Source of the DNA: Auanema rhodensis | Lineage: Eukaryota > Animalia > Nematoda | Assembly: GCA_964057225.1 (NCBI GenBank) | Contig: OZ059895.1 | Span: 15,934,001 to 15,998,000, forward strand | Reading direction: 5' to 3' | DNA length: 64,000 bases | Part shown: piece after piece, positions 42,020 through 54,000 of the stretch | How positions within the stretch are numbered: the stretch's first letter is position 1 | How the letters are laid out: each line of letters starts with the position of its first letter | The notes under the pieces: generated by a model | Seen by the model: the letters and a program-made list of their open reading frames with translations, nothing else | What the model was told of the DNA's origin: nothing | The model's database searches: none | Made by a program: the position numbers and the translations under genes

Positions 42020-42253
42020 TCTCATATCTCTGCTCCCTCTCAACTTCTCTGGTTTTTAAGCCAGCGTGTTCGCGACTGTTTTTCGCGTTCACGCCTATCG
42101 TCCTTTACCATATATAGAGCAGTAACGCGCGCTAGCTCGCGCGCTGTTTCTTTCCGTGGCATAACTCCCGCACCACCCGTTCTCCCTTGCAACTGGGAAT
42201 CGCCCGAAGAAAAAGCTCGCCGTTCGGGCAACCACGACCACATCCCACCTTAA
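42020..42253 (+). promoter_or_regulatory. Second AUG-less uORF ending Pro-Pro-stop in the ODC-like 5' leader
   Basis: 77 sense codons span nearly the whole leader exon and end ESPEEKARRSGNHDHIPP*; no ATG in the exon. Confidence 0.6.
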
Positions 42254-42335
42254 TTTCTTCGAAAAGGTAGGTGTTTTTTGACCGTGTTTTGTAATTTTTG
42301 AATTGTTTTTTAGATTCTAGCTCATTGTTTGCCGC

Positions 42336-44121
42336 ATGATTGAACGTCGTCGCCTTCCTTCTTCTTCTTACCATTCTGCTGACGAGGCTTGGTCTCGTGA
42401 CTGTTTTGCAGAGCAGACTATTTCTGTACATCCTAAACAGCATGACGCCGCTCATGTTGCTCGCAAAGTTGCCTCACAACAGGTATTTTGCACGGATTCC
42501 TGATTTGGAAGTAATTCGATTATATTAGATAACTGGAGCACCTTTTTTCGTGATGGATATTCCATCTGTTGTCCAGGCCGTTGATGACTGGATGACGAAT
42601 CTGCCACGATTCGCTCCTCATTATGCTCTGAGGTGTAATGCCGATCCTGTGTTGGCTCAGCTATTAGCAGATCAGCATGTAGGATTTGAAATTGCAAACT
42701 TGTACGAACTTGAATTGGTATTGAAAAATAACCATATTTTTATTTTTTATTCTGTTGTTTAAGGCTCAACAATTGGTTGACTCTTCCAAAATAGTATTCA
42801 GCAATCCTTTATGGACTAGAAAAACTATGCGTTTGGCTGGAGAAGCCAATGTTGGCACCGTTGTTGTCAGCCGTGAAAAAGAACTCCTAGATGCCGTTTC
42901 TTATGCACCTGATTCAAAGTACTTGTTTGATTTTTTGTTGTTGTTGCTATGGTAATGCGTTTAGTATTCTTATTGCTGTTTCTCTTGGATGTCCTGTTCG
43001 TGGAGAATCTGTAGCTACAACAACGGGATGTTGTTCCGACGAAGCTGAACAGCTAATTATGACAGCTTTCGAGTTAAGAGCTAAGTTTATTGGCTTTAGG
43101 TTTGTTTTTATTCTATAAACTTAAGTTAAATGCGTACTTTTAAGTTTCAACGTTGATAATACTGATCCGTCTATCTACTACCAAGCTTTAAAAGAAGTAA
43201 GAGGCCTGTTCGATTATGCAGTTTCATGTGGCTTATCTCCAAATACTGTCGCTGTCGGAGGAGGCTTTCGCTGTCCACGTGGCGATGATAAACTTCGTTT
43301 CTTTGAGGTACACCAACAAGTCTATTTGAAGATCTTACTTATTATTTGCAGGTTTGCGATGCTTTAACTGCTGCAGTCGAGGAAATGTTTCCAATTAAAA
43401 TGTTCCCTTCACTGAATTTGTTAGCTTCACCTGGAAGATTCTTCGCAACCTCTGCATTCTCTTTATGCACCAATGTTGTTGCGAAACGACCTCTAGACAT
43501 GAGTATGCACGAAATGAAGAGTATGTGATTCATTTATCATTACATTTTAAACCTTTGTTTTTCAGATAACAACTCTATTAATAATGTTGCGTTTGTTTAT
43601 CAAACGAATGATGGGATTTATGGATCATTCAGTTGCCGTTTAGCCGATTGTGATCCAAAATGCAGACCCCTCAATGTATGAGCTTATACTTGTTTTCCTT
43701 TTTTATTGTTTGTACTTTAACAGGAGAATGATAACGATGGTTCATTTCATTTGGGAACAGTGATTGGACCCTCGCTTGAAGCCATTGACGTAGCTCAGCG
43801 TTGGTTCTGTGGTCGTCAACTATCTGTTGGGGAATGGCTGTTATGGGAAAATATGGGAGCCTATTCTATGCCACTTGATCCTGATTACGAGGCTCCACCA
43901 GTGTACTATTATACTGGTAAAGATAACTGGTTCGTTCAAACAATTCGAAAGCCTATTTTTTTTGTTTTTTTAGGGACTATATCAATGCCAAAGGACGTAG
44001 AAAACAGTCTGCCGACTATAGCACTGATTCAGAAAACTCTGACTTCTCCAGTGACGTTGAGAGCATCTCTTCAGATGAGGAGCATGATCTTATTACTCGA
44101 TTTGACAGTTTCTTCGACTGA
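42336..44121 (+). CDS. Ornithine decarboxylase paralogue, predicted catalytically inactive (antizyme-inhibitor-like)
   Basis: PFFVMD, PHYALRCN, GFEIANLYE, VGGGF, SPGRFF, NDGIYGSF, GPSLEAID, LLWENMGAYS; acidic tail; in-frame TAG at 42318 fixes the start. Confidence 0.9.
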
Positions 44122-47100
44122 ACTGAACTTTTTTTTAGTGAATAATCTGATTTTTTTCTATTTTTTCTATTTATCCACATATTCATCACATAATCCGCGT
44201 GCGTGACTTGGCTTTTGTCTTTATTCTCCTTATATCCGGGATTTTATTCATAATTGAAATTGTTGGGAGTAGCATCATATCGTTCTTGAACATTTCCTCT
44301 CATAATTTCTTTCCATTTTCCTACTCACCAACTTTCATCTGAATTATCACTTTCGTGCAAAAGTAGAGAATAGTTTACCATTTTCAAAGTCCACTGGTGA
44401 TGTAATCCAAGTGGCTCACAATAAAATATGTTGATAATCCCGTTGTTTTTTTCTGTTCAACAAAGAATCGAAAGGAATTCATTGGAAGGGAGGGTTGAAG
44501 AGAACAACTGTATTCTATGTGGATTGCCTGCCGGCTATCTTTTAAAGAAATATGGCATAAGACCACACTTAAGTGAGGAAAAACATAAATCTATATTCAT
44601 AGGATCAATATTGTCATTGTGCATGTTTTTCTATGTTTTCATCTTTGTTTAAAGCTCCCGCTCTCTCGTCCGTTCGAGGTTTTGATGAGCTGTTTCGTTC
44701 AGGTTGTTTTCTTTTCTTGTGTTCCAGTTTTCTGCGGCTTCTTATTGTCTTCAAAAGCCTGCTCTTCTAGTCTTCAACTTGCATGCCAGTGTAGCAGTCG
44801 TGTGTATCAAACTCTATAGCTCAAACTACAGACTGAAATCCCAAATTTTTGTTGATAATTATGTGAAATGATCATTTTCACATAAAAGGACAGAGAACAG
44901 AGGTGATGACGATGACGGTGCGACTTCATATAGGGAAGTATGTTCCAGAAACGGCTATGAATAGGGACGTAGGACGTAAATAGAAGGAAGGAAAACAGCA
45001 AAGACAGAATGTGTATGTATATCTCATGTGCTACTTTCTTAAACGAATAGAAAGGTTTTAGATCTCTTCATAAAGTATTTACTCCCGTTTACAAGAATTT
45101 GCTCTCATGTGTTTGTGTCCTCAGGGGATGAGGTCGCTCGCAAGACTTCAACGTTCTTCTAGTTCAATGTACATGCACTTTTAAGAAAGGACAATCCTAG
45201 CAAGCAGTTCTTGTAAATAGTTTCCAGGCGTGTAAGATGCATTGATAGTATCAACATAAGTTATTTTCAGTGGCAAGTCATAGTTCTGGGGAACTTCTAC
45301 GAGTAAACGTTCATTTTTTTGGGTGACACCCTATGTCTCTCACTATCACTCACATGCACAGCTGGTTTAATTTGAATCAATACCAAAACGTTTGTCTGGT
45401 TTCTTATGATAAAAGCTGTTGTTGCAGTGAAGGTCCCAGATCATGTAGTTCACGTCACTTGTCTGTGGAACGATGTTGCAGCACTAGCAGGGGTTAACCA
45501 ACTAGCAGATTCATATATTTATATCGACTACTTGATAGCTATAATGATTGAACTAGCTAGAATTAGCTGGCTCATAGAATTCTTGATAGTCATTGGCTCA
45601 ATAGCTTTGAGAAGATGAAAGAAGAAGCCGGATTCTTATGTTAGTATTCTTCTTCACTTCACCCTGTTCGCCAGATATAACCCTGCTTTGGATATAAACG
45701 ATTACGTGTTCATCAATAATCTTATGATTTGCTTCAAGTGATTCGGGAAAAAAGGAAAAACTTGCGATAATAATTTGGCGAACTTTGATTTATTGGCCAT
45801 CGCAGCACCTTTTGATTTATAAATCTGATAGTAGAGAGAATGCAAGAAAGAAGAATGGATGGGATGGCTAACCGAAAATCATCAGCATAGTTTCATCAGT
45901 TATTTTTAGAAAATATTGATTTGCACAAGAACAATGGGTAGACGAAGGCTTGTTAATTTCTTTCTATTGATAGTAAGTTATAGAGAGTGTATGTTGTCTT
46001 GTGTAAGAGAGGGAGAGAGAGTTTGTTGATGTACTTCATGATAGATGTTTCATTTTTTTGTGGCAAATTTAATGTGAAACACTGCTTTGACCGGTCAAAA
46101 TACCTTCCTTAATAACACGATGATGGATTCATCGTTCATTTCAACAGCCCAAATCTGAATATAGATGAGTTCGTTGAACAGTTGACATCATCTTGTATCG
46201 TCATCACTTTTGTCTCTTCAACTTTACTAAGTCACAAATCCGCTTTTAACCAAACGACTGCCAGTTGTCGTCATTTTCTATTTTCTTAGCAAAAGAAGGA
46301 TCTATATGGATTTAGATGATTGTGGTTACAGCAGCAGTTATATTTAGCTCATATATAGTAGAAGAAGGAGAAAAAATACGAAAGACTAGTATAGTTTATA
46401 TACATGTCTATTATATTTGAGCATTTAACAACTACACAGCACCTGGTGGCACGTTGTGAAATACTCGTTTTGTTAGCCATTTCCGGAATTTTTCTATAGT
46501 CTTTGAAGTTGGCTGCTGCAATGATTTTTAAAAATTGTATGAAGAATACGACAAAGGTTGTTTGGCCTTGTTGTAAACGGACAGAGACAAGGGGGGTGAG
46601 TTGTAGATAAGGAAGGGGAAAACTGATGTTAGTGATTAGCTTGATTCAACACAGCTTATGCTTTTCCATATTATCGTTCATCGACTGTTTTGCAATCATG
46701 ACTAATCCATGTGAAATGCATGTGGGCAACTTGGTTTCTTGGTATTGGTTGCTGGGTTGGCATCCATCAGAGGTGGAATGGATGGGTGTGGGAGAAGCAG
46801 TCTATACTGGTAATAACACATTTTTTTTTGAAGACACATGAGGAAAACATGTTAATTCGGGGAGCCCGAAGATGAGATGTTCTGGTAGCATCTAGATTAC
46901 TATTAAGACAAAGCACCAAACCCGATTTCATCGTTGACGACATCGACGTCGACAGCGACAACGGCGACAAAGAAGGCATTGAGAAGCACGTAGTTCTCGA
47001 GCAGATGTTTGAAATATTCTTGAAACGGGAAACGCTTAATGAGTTTATTATCTGATGCTCCAGTATCTATCCTCGTAGTTCCTCAGTGCAACTCATTATC

Positions 47101-48723
47101 CGATAGGACGAGCTCAATGCTCCGTTGCCTGATTTTTTTCTTTCGAAACCAAATAGTCTGAAATATTTCTCTCTCTCTCCTTTTTTGGTTTTCTTTTTCC
47201 CTTTCATAGAAACAAAATATGGCATAAGCCATTGCCATTTTCATGTTTCTCATTCAAGCCCGTCTTAACCCTATGAAGATGCTTCTTCTAGCTTCTTCGT
47301 GAGCGCTCTGCTATAAGCACCGCACAGACATCATCGAAGAGTCTTAGTTAACCCTGAGTCCTCATCGTTTCAAGCTGCCATCTCTAGTTTCTTCCAGTTG
47401 ATCGTATGGTTTGCCCATTCGGTAAATGATGCTCCTCATATTGCTTTTTATATTTTTGTCATTAAATAAGACATTGTGGCTTATACATATGTATGACATC
47501 ACATATTCAACCACATTTCTCTGTCTTTCCAGAGGGAATAATGTCGAAAAATAATAATGGACGACCAAGTGGGTTCTCAAGAGACAGACCAAGATAGGCG
47601 ACATACATTCATATACACGCATGCGCATATTTTCTTGAAGGCGCAACGTTGAGCTTATACAGCACTTATCCCAGAAAGAGAGCAGGAGAGCAACCTAGAA
47701 AGTGAGAGAGAGGGAGAGAAGGAGAGATTGATGGAGAGAGAGGCGATACAAGACTTTATAGAGAAAAGCTAATAAACATTTGGAATAAAGATGAGAAGAT
47801 CATCAACGCTTGTCATATTAGCTTCTCCTCAAATGGCATTCTCATCCGAGATATTGGAACGAATTTAGTCATTCCAGCATTTTTCTTCATTCTCAAACAT
47901 TGCGTTCAGCACTTCTTCCTCTTTTTCTTTTTCTTTCTCTCTCTCTCTTCTTTTCATTTACTTGGTTTCTTCTATTTATTGCCGAACTATCCACTCGCTC
48001 ATTTTTCTTTTTTTTTTCATTTAAACCTCCAAATCGGATTTACATTACATGTTGATGATGATGTTATGTAGGACTGTAACGAACTTGAAGATAAGGCAGA
48101 GTAACCTAAAACTCAAGTTGCTCTTCCTATTTATTACCAATACACCATCTCTTTCGTCATCTTTTCAATTTGTTATGCATTCTCCTATTCTTCCAGTTCA
48201 CTTCAATGCTTTATCATGTGAATTCGGTCGTCATTCTCCTTTTCTAATTGAGCTTTAGAACAGACAAAAAAAGGAAATTTTGACTTGACTATGCTCTATG
48301 CTATGCAGTGTATGTGCATGTCTATGTGCTCAAAAGGATGTCGCTGCCAATTTGTGTCAAGTTCTCGGAGAGACAGAAAGCTCCGCCGGCAACCGGGTTT
48401 TGAAGAATTTGTATTGAGAAGCAGCTTGTGAAATTTTTCAATTTTGCTATATCCTTTTCATCTTCTCCCCTGTAAATGACTACCTCATGTATGCTCGTTC
48501 ATAGCTCGTTCATAGCTCTTTTTACGTTTTACCGGAAAGTTGCCTCTTCTCGTGTTCATGTGTCGTGCGTGATGAAATCTCAATTGAAGATTTTCAAAAA
48601 AAAAAAGAGAATATCTGAATTTCCGACTGCCATTCAAATAGAAAATGTTTATGTGGACATTTTTGTCTAGTGAATTTCAAACAATAGATATTTTAGAACA
48701 TGTTTCTTGTGGAAAAGATGTAA

Positions 48724-49944
48724 ATGTCAATTGAGTGGATGCGTCCGGTCATTCATGCTGGCTCTGAGAGCATGGATATTCCGTTGCCATCCATGATCTT
48801 TGTATACAGGTTAGTTTCCATAGAAGACTGAGATGCTTCTTAGAAAGCTCATCGTGTCCTCTTTGTCTTCTCTTTGTCCTGCTCTGGCGTTCATTCAATC
48901 ATTTTTTGTCTCCAACCTTATTAGCAAATTCTCACTCTCGAGATGTTCCATCTCGTATTTTTCCAACGAAACCACAATTATCTGTGTGAATTATAGCACT
49001 CCGGCATTACTGCTTCTTCTTGTCATATTTATAATCAAATGGAGGCCATGCTACGAGTTTACTGGATTTGCTCATTGTTTTAGGTTAATCGTTTAATTTT
49101 TTTTTCCAAAGCTCTATTGTATCATATTGTCATCATAATTGAAAGGTTGAGAGAAGTTGTTTTTCGTTTGTAACCACTGATTATACTCATTTTACAGAAT
49201 AATTAAGAATAATTGCAAAATCGAGTTAGAAAACAGATTACTGAAAATCAATAATGCCACCCAAAGTCTCACAGTCCTTTCATACACATACACATGCACA
49301 CACAATACTCACCGGCAGACAGGCAGATAGATACATACCCACACATCAAAACATATAATCAGCTTGGAATATTATTCTTTGATTGAGAATCAATAATATT
49401 TGAAAATGTTTGAGAACAAGAACGACCGATCAATGCGCAGATGAAATGAAAATGAGATTGCTAGGATAAGGCATTTACGTGAAAACGTGATTGTCCGTTT
49501 TTTTTTTCATTTTCATTCTCATGTGAGATCATTTGGAAATTTTAACGGGTTTAGTATAGTCAGGGAAGCAAAAATATCAGTTGAGAATGAAAATTATTTT
49601 GCTTTTCTCATATGAATTTGTATCCAAAAAAATAATTTGCCACATCAGAAAACTTCCGATAATAAGTTCAATTTAATTATAGATGGTATGTGCTGTGTTG
49701 TAGCAAGGAAACGAAAAAGGAAATGATCAGCGTAGATCGTCAACGTATTCTTACTATTGATGCTGAGGTAAGTATGATACAGCATACATAATGTGTTTAT
49801 ATCAACGATAAACTTGTAAATATGAAAACATATTTTCTGCAGAGATTAGCGTCCGAATTCGAAAGTGCTCCTGAATCACCAAAAAGTTTACGTGACGTGG
49901 AAATGCAGCTGATATCCAGTAGTATAGTTATTGAAGAAGATTAA
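48724..49944 (+). CDS. Small single-pass membrane protein of unknown family, 119 aa, 4 exons
   Basis: Exons 48724-48809, 48997-49083, 49683-49767 and 49843-49944 all have GT-AG ends and compatible phases; total 360 nt. Confidence 0.75.
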
Positions 49945-51094
49945 TGTTATGGTCATATTCTCTTATTACTATCACATTCGATTCGATTATGACTGCATAT
50001 GAACCAACGGATGTTTGTCTTCCTTGCATACGTAAGTAAAACCAATTTCTGTGATATTTTGACCATAACTTCGTATATGACTGCCGGAATACCTCTTAGT
50101 TATTTTTATATTTATATGATTATATCTGATTTCACAGAGAATTTTATTGATTTTCTAAATTTTGATTGTACATTTCTATTTTTTACGATTATTTTACTTT
50201 GAATCTTCTAAAATATCATTATTGTTGTTATAACTCATGCGGTTCGTTTCGTGATCTAAATCTTTGCTGTATGCAAGATGCTCTTTAAAATTTTTAAAAA
50301 ACTTCAATTTAAGAAATCCTTTAAGTTTTAAAAAAAAAGCTTTTATTAACAATTTGTCTTTAAATTTCTAGAAATTGATCATATGACAACATTAGATATG
50401 AAAGCACGACACAATGAAATCGAACATAAACATTAATAACAATCTTGTGAATCAGGCTCAGAAACAAAGATTTGAATTTAAATTTCTCAAGGGAAGCTTA
50501 GCAGAGGGATGTGATACAGGGAGGGATAGAGCGCATAAACGAAATTAGGACCCGTACCTTAATAAGGTCAATGAAAAGAACAGCATGATATGTGATCCTG
50601 AACACATGGCTGACAGGAAGAGCGTCTTCATTCTATCATTTAACTTCCTGTTTGTCTCATAACAACATCAGAATTTTGATAAAAATAAGTATATTGATAT
50701 GCAAAGGATGATGTATTACGTTGATGTGAAATAAATAATCAAAACAGAAAAATTAAAATTTAAAAATACTGCTAATAAAGAAAACCGGGTTTTAAGGAAG
50801 GATGACTGGTTTCACCATCTACCAAATATGTATTTAACTCTAGAAGTTTAGCGCAAAGGCTCAAAATTTGCAGCTAACGAACCAAAAATCAAAGAGATTA
50901 CTGCAAATTTCTTATGATTTACCCGTGATATGTTGAATGAACTAGTATGAACTTCAATCCCTTTTTCTTATCCTTGTCACGTGACCTAATGAGAAAAGAC
51001 TAGATGAAATGCATAACATGGAAAGCAAAGGATCCTTAGCAAACAGGATGCCATCGTCATTAACTGCTCCTATTAAGACATTATTTGAAAAATG

Positions 51095-54000
51095 TCAGTC
51101 ACATGGCGGTGGATATTTTGGTGGAGGAGGAGGCGGCGGGGGAGGTAATGGCACATCTGGTAATCTTTCATACAAGTTTTCAGCTCTGAAAGTATACATT
51201 TCAATTTTTTTCAAATTTCAAAATTTGGACTAAAAAGAAAGTCTGAGGGGAGAATATGTCCAAAAATAGTTTATTTCTGTGCTGTGTATAACCTAAGATC
51301 TCACCTGCGTAGAGTTTCATCGCCAAATTCCGGCGGAAAATCATATATGGGCTCGTGATCAAACGAGTAAAGTAATTGAGATGGAGTAGGAGATTGAGCA
51401 CCGAAGCTTGGAATTTGGGGACGCGTCATTGGTCGGCCGGCAACTGAAAAGGGTATTTGAAGTATTGTTCGTGCATTTCTTATAGTTATTTAAGAAAATT
51501 CGAAAGAAAAACACTTACCAATAGGCATAGTTACATGTATATTTCCGTTTGGTAAATGTTGAAGAGATAACATGTGAGGTGGAACTTCAAGTTGCGTCAT
51601 AGCAGCACATGAAGCATAATATATTACAGAATCGCCTTGTGTTGCTGAAGCAGGAAGAGCAGTCGGAGTAGCATATATGACAGGGCTCATCTGAAAAATA
51701 GAGTATATATATTTTTAACTATGAAAACAAAGATTACTTTATCCAAATTGGGCTGAACCATTGCGGGACGCGAAAATCGAAATACAGCTACAACCAAGAA
51801 AGCAACCAGCAGTACAGCTACTACAGTCAAAGCTAAGTTACTATCATTGCTATCTCCTTTCATTTGCCGTAATGTAATGAGATCTACAAAATTAATTATA
51901 GAAAAAATTAATTATTTCATGTTATACCGTAGCAGACAGGAATAGTTGGTTCCCATGTCCCTTTTTCTCCACAATACAAAGTATCATGACCAATTAATCG
52001 GAAACCGTCCAGACACGTATAATTCACCTGAAGATTATAATATAATTCTTCATACAAATCTTCATGACATACTTGAGATAAATAAGATGTTCGTTCATGA
52101 TAGACATGTCCATTTGGAATAGATACTGGGCGACCACAATCAATCTCTGAAACGAGAATAAAAAAAGGTTTTGAACGGAAAAAAATGTAAAACTAACCTA
52201 TGCACTCGGGCTCATTGCCACCCCAATTTCCATCACTCATACATTGACGACGCGAATCACCGAGCAAAGTGTATCCGGTGGAACATCGATATTCGACCTA
52301 AAAATAACCTAGTTAGTTATTAACTATGCATATACGGTCAATATTAGAAGAAAAGGGATCAAAAGAAATATAAACTTGAACTCACTTCACTTTGATATAA
52401 GGTGGATTCATTTAGGCTAATAACATCGCCAAATTCCCAAGCTGGAATATCACCGCAATCTTTGCCTAAAACAAACATATTTTAAAGATTCTAATTATGA
52501 TAAAAATATGCTTACGATAGCATTCAGGAATTTCACCACTCCAACGGCCGTTTTCTAAACATTCCCTATGATTCTGACCGCTTAGTTCATATCTGAGATA
52601 ATAAATAGAACATTATTTCGTTAATTTTTTTATAATTTACCCTTCATCACAAGAATAATAACAGAATGTTCCAATGGCGTAACTATGGCTTGAGAATACT
52701 ACTCGTGATGCTTCTCCAACTCCAGGCGAAGTACAGAACTTTGGTTCTAAGAAGGATTCTATTAAGAATCGAATTCTTTAATTCGAACTCACTGCTTTGA
52801 CACAAGAAGGAATTCCATGCTGATTGTGAAGCAGATACCCATTTCCATCCCAATGGACGAGCCATTAAAACGGCTTCAGATTGACCAGGTATAGGAGGTG
52901 GCTTCGAAGGCCAGTCAGCACCTTTTCCAACTTCTTCCCCATCTGCCCAACGCCATTGCGTTGTTGACGATGTCACACCTATAGATTTATAGGATAAAAT
53001 AAAAAACTGGGGTAATTCAATTATTTACCAATCCAATAAAAAGCTTTAGGATTCGGAGTTGAAAAAAGAGCGCTTTGTAAGCCTCGGCGAGCAGTATCAG
53101 ATATTCTCAGAGGTAGAGAAGCTCCCCTTAACAAGAAATACAAATTTATGAAATTATCGGATTATAGTACCTGTCCAGGCAACTCCGTTGCGCTCCGACC
53201 CAATCTGATTGTTCATCTCGTGAAGCGGCAAAACAAATTGAATCGAATATTCCCACCACATCCATTGCACCTTGGGCACATTGCCATGATGAAACTGGAA
53301 ACAAGTTTTCAAATAAGCTTTTCTTGATTAAACGCTTTTCCTGTATTTGATTAAACAAAAATAAATTTTTAGCCAAATTACAAAGCACAGCCAGTTGCTA
53401 TTCCATTCGAATTAAAAAATGAGTATATTCCCGCTTAAATTGGAAATTTCATTTTGCTTGTTGACCGACTACAAAGCGGTTGTATGCAACTGGTCAGCAA
53501 ATAACAAACAAACAAAAAACAAATTAGCATACGTATTACAAGTTAATATCTTTATTTGTTAATCTAAAAGTTCCTTCATCTTATTGTTTCGGACATTATT
53601 GAAGTTTCTTCAATATGTTTCAAGTGTCTGTTTGAAGAATATGAACACGGAATGGTGTAAACCATATGTATATGAGGTACACAGTCGATGCGCTTCAACT
53701 GATACATTATACTTAGCAATTGGAAGAGGTGAGAGTGCGCCAACTAAATATATAAACGAACATGGTTTGGTATCAGGTTAATGGACAAATAGAAGATGAT
53801 GATGACATGCTGTTGCTTGTGCTCTTCAATATTCGTTTCCATGCCTCATGCTCACGGCGAGCATGTCAATTGAATTTTATGTTCTGAGCATGTTTGTATG
53901 ATATTCTTAGTTGGTCTAGTAGAGTTGGTATATTTGAAACGAGTTGAGTAGGTAGTTTTCTCAAGAACATGTAATAAACACATTGAAATTCTTTTAGAAC

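Noticed and set aside
46830-47160. GAC/GTC-rich stretch that looks coding
   Set aside because: The frames I tested hit stops, and no consistent splice model emerged
49524-49545. TGAGATCATTTGGAAA, a bantam/miR-80-family-like seed
   Set aside because: No proper pre-miRNA hairpin (2-nt loop, poor stem)
53795-53890. TGATGA...CTGA with a TGACATGCT/AGCATGTCA stem
   Set aside because: Antisense to the host gene, no terminal stem and no recognisable guide
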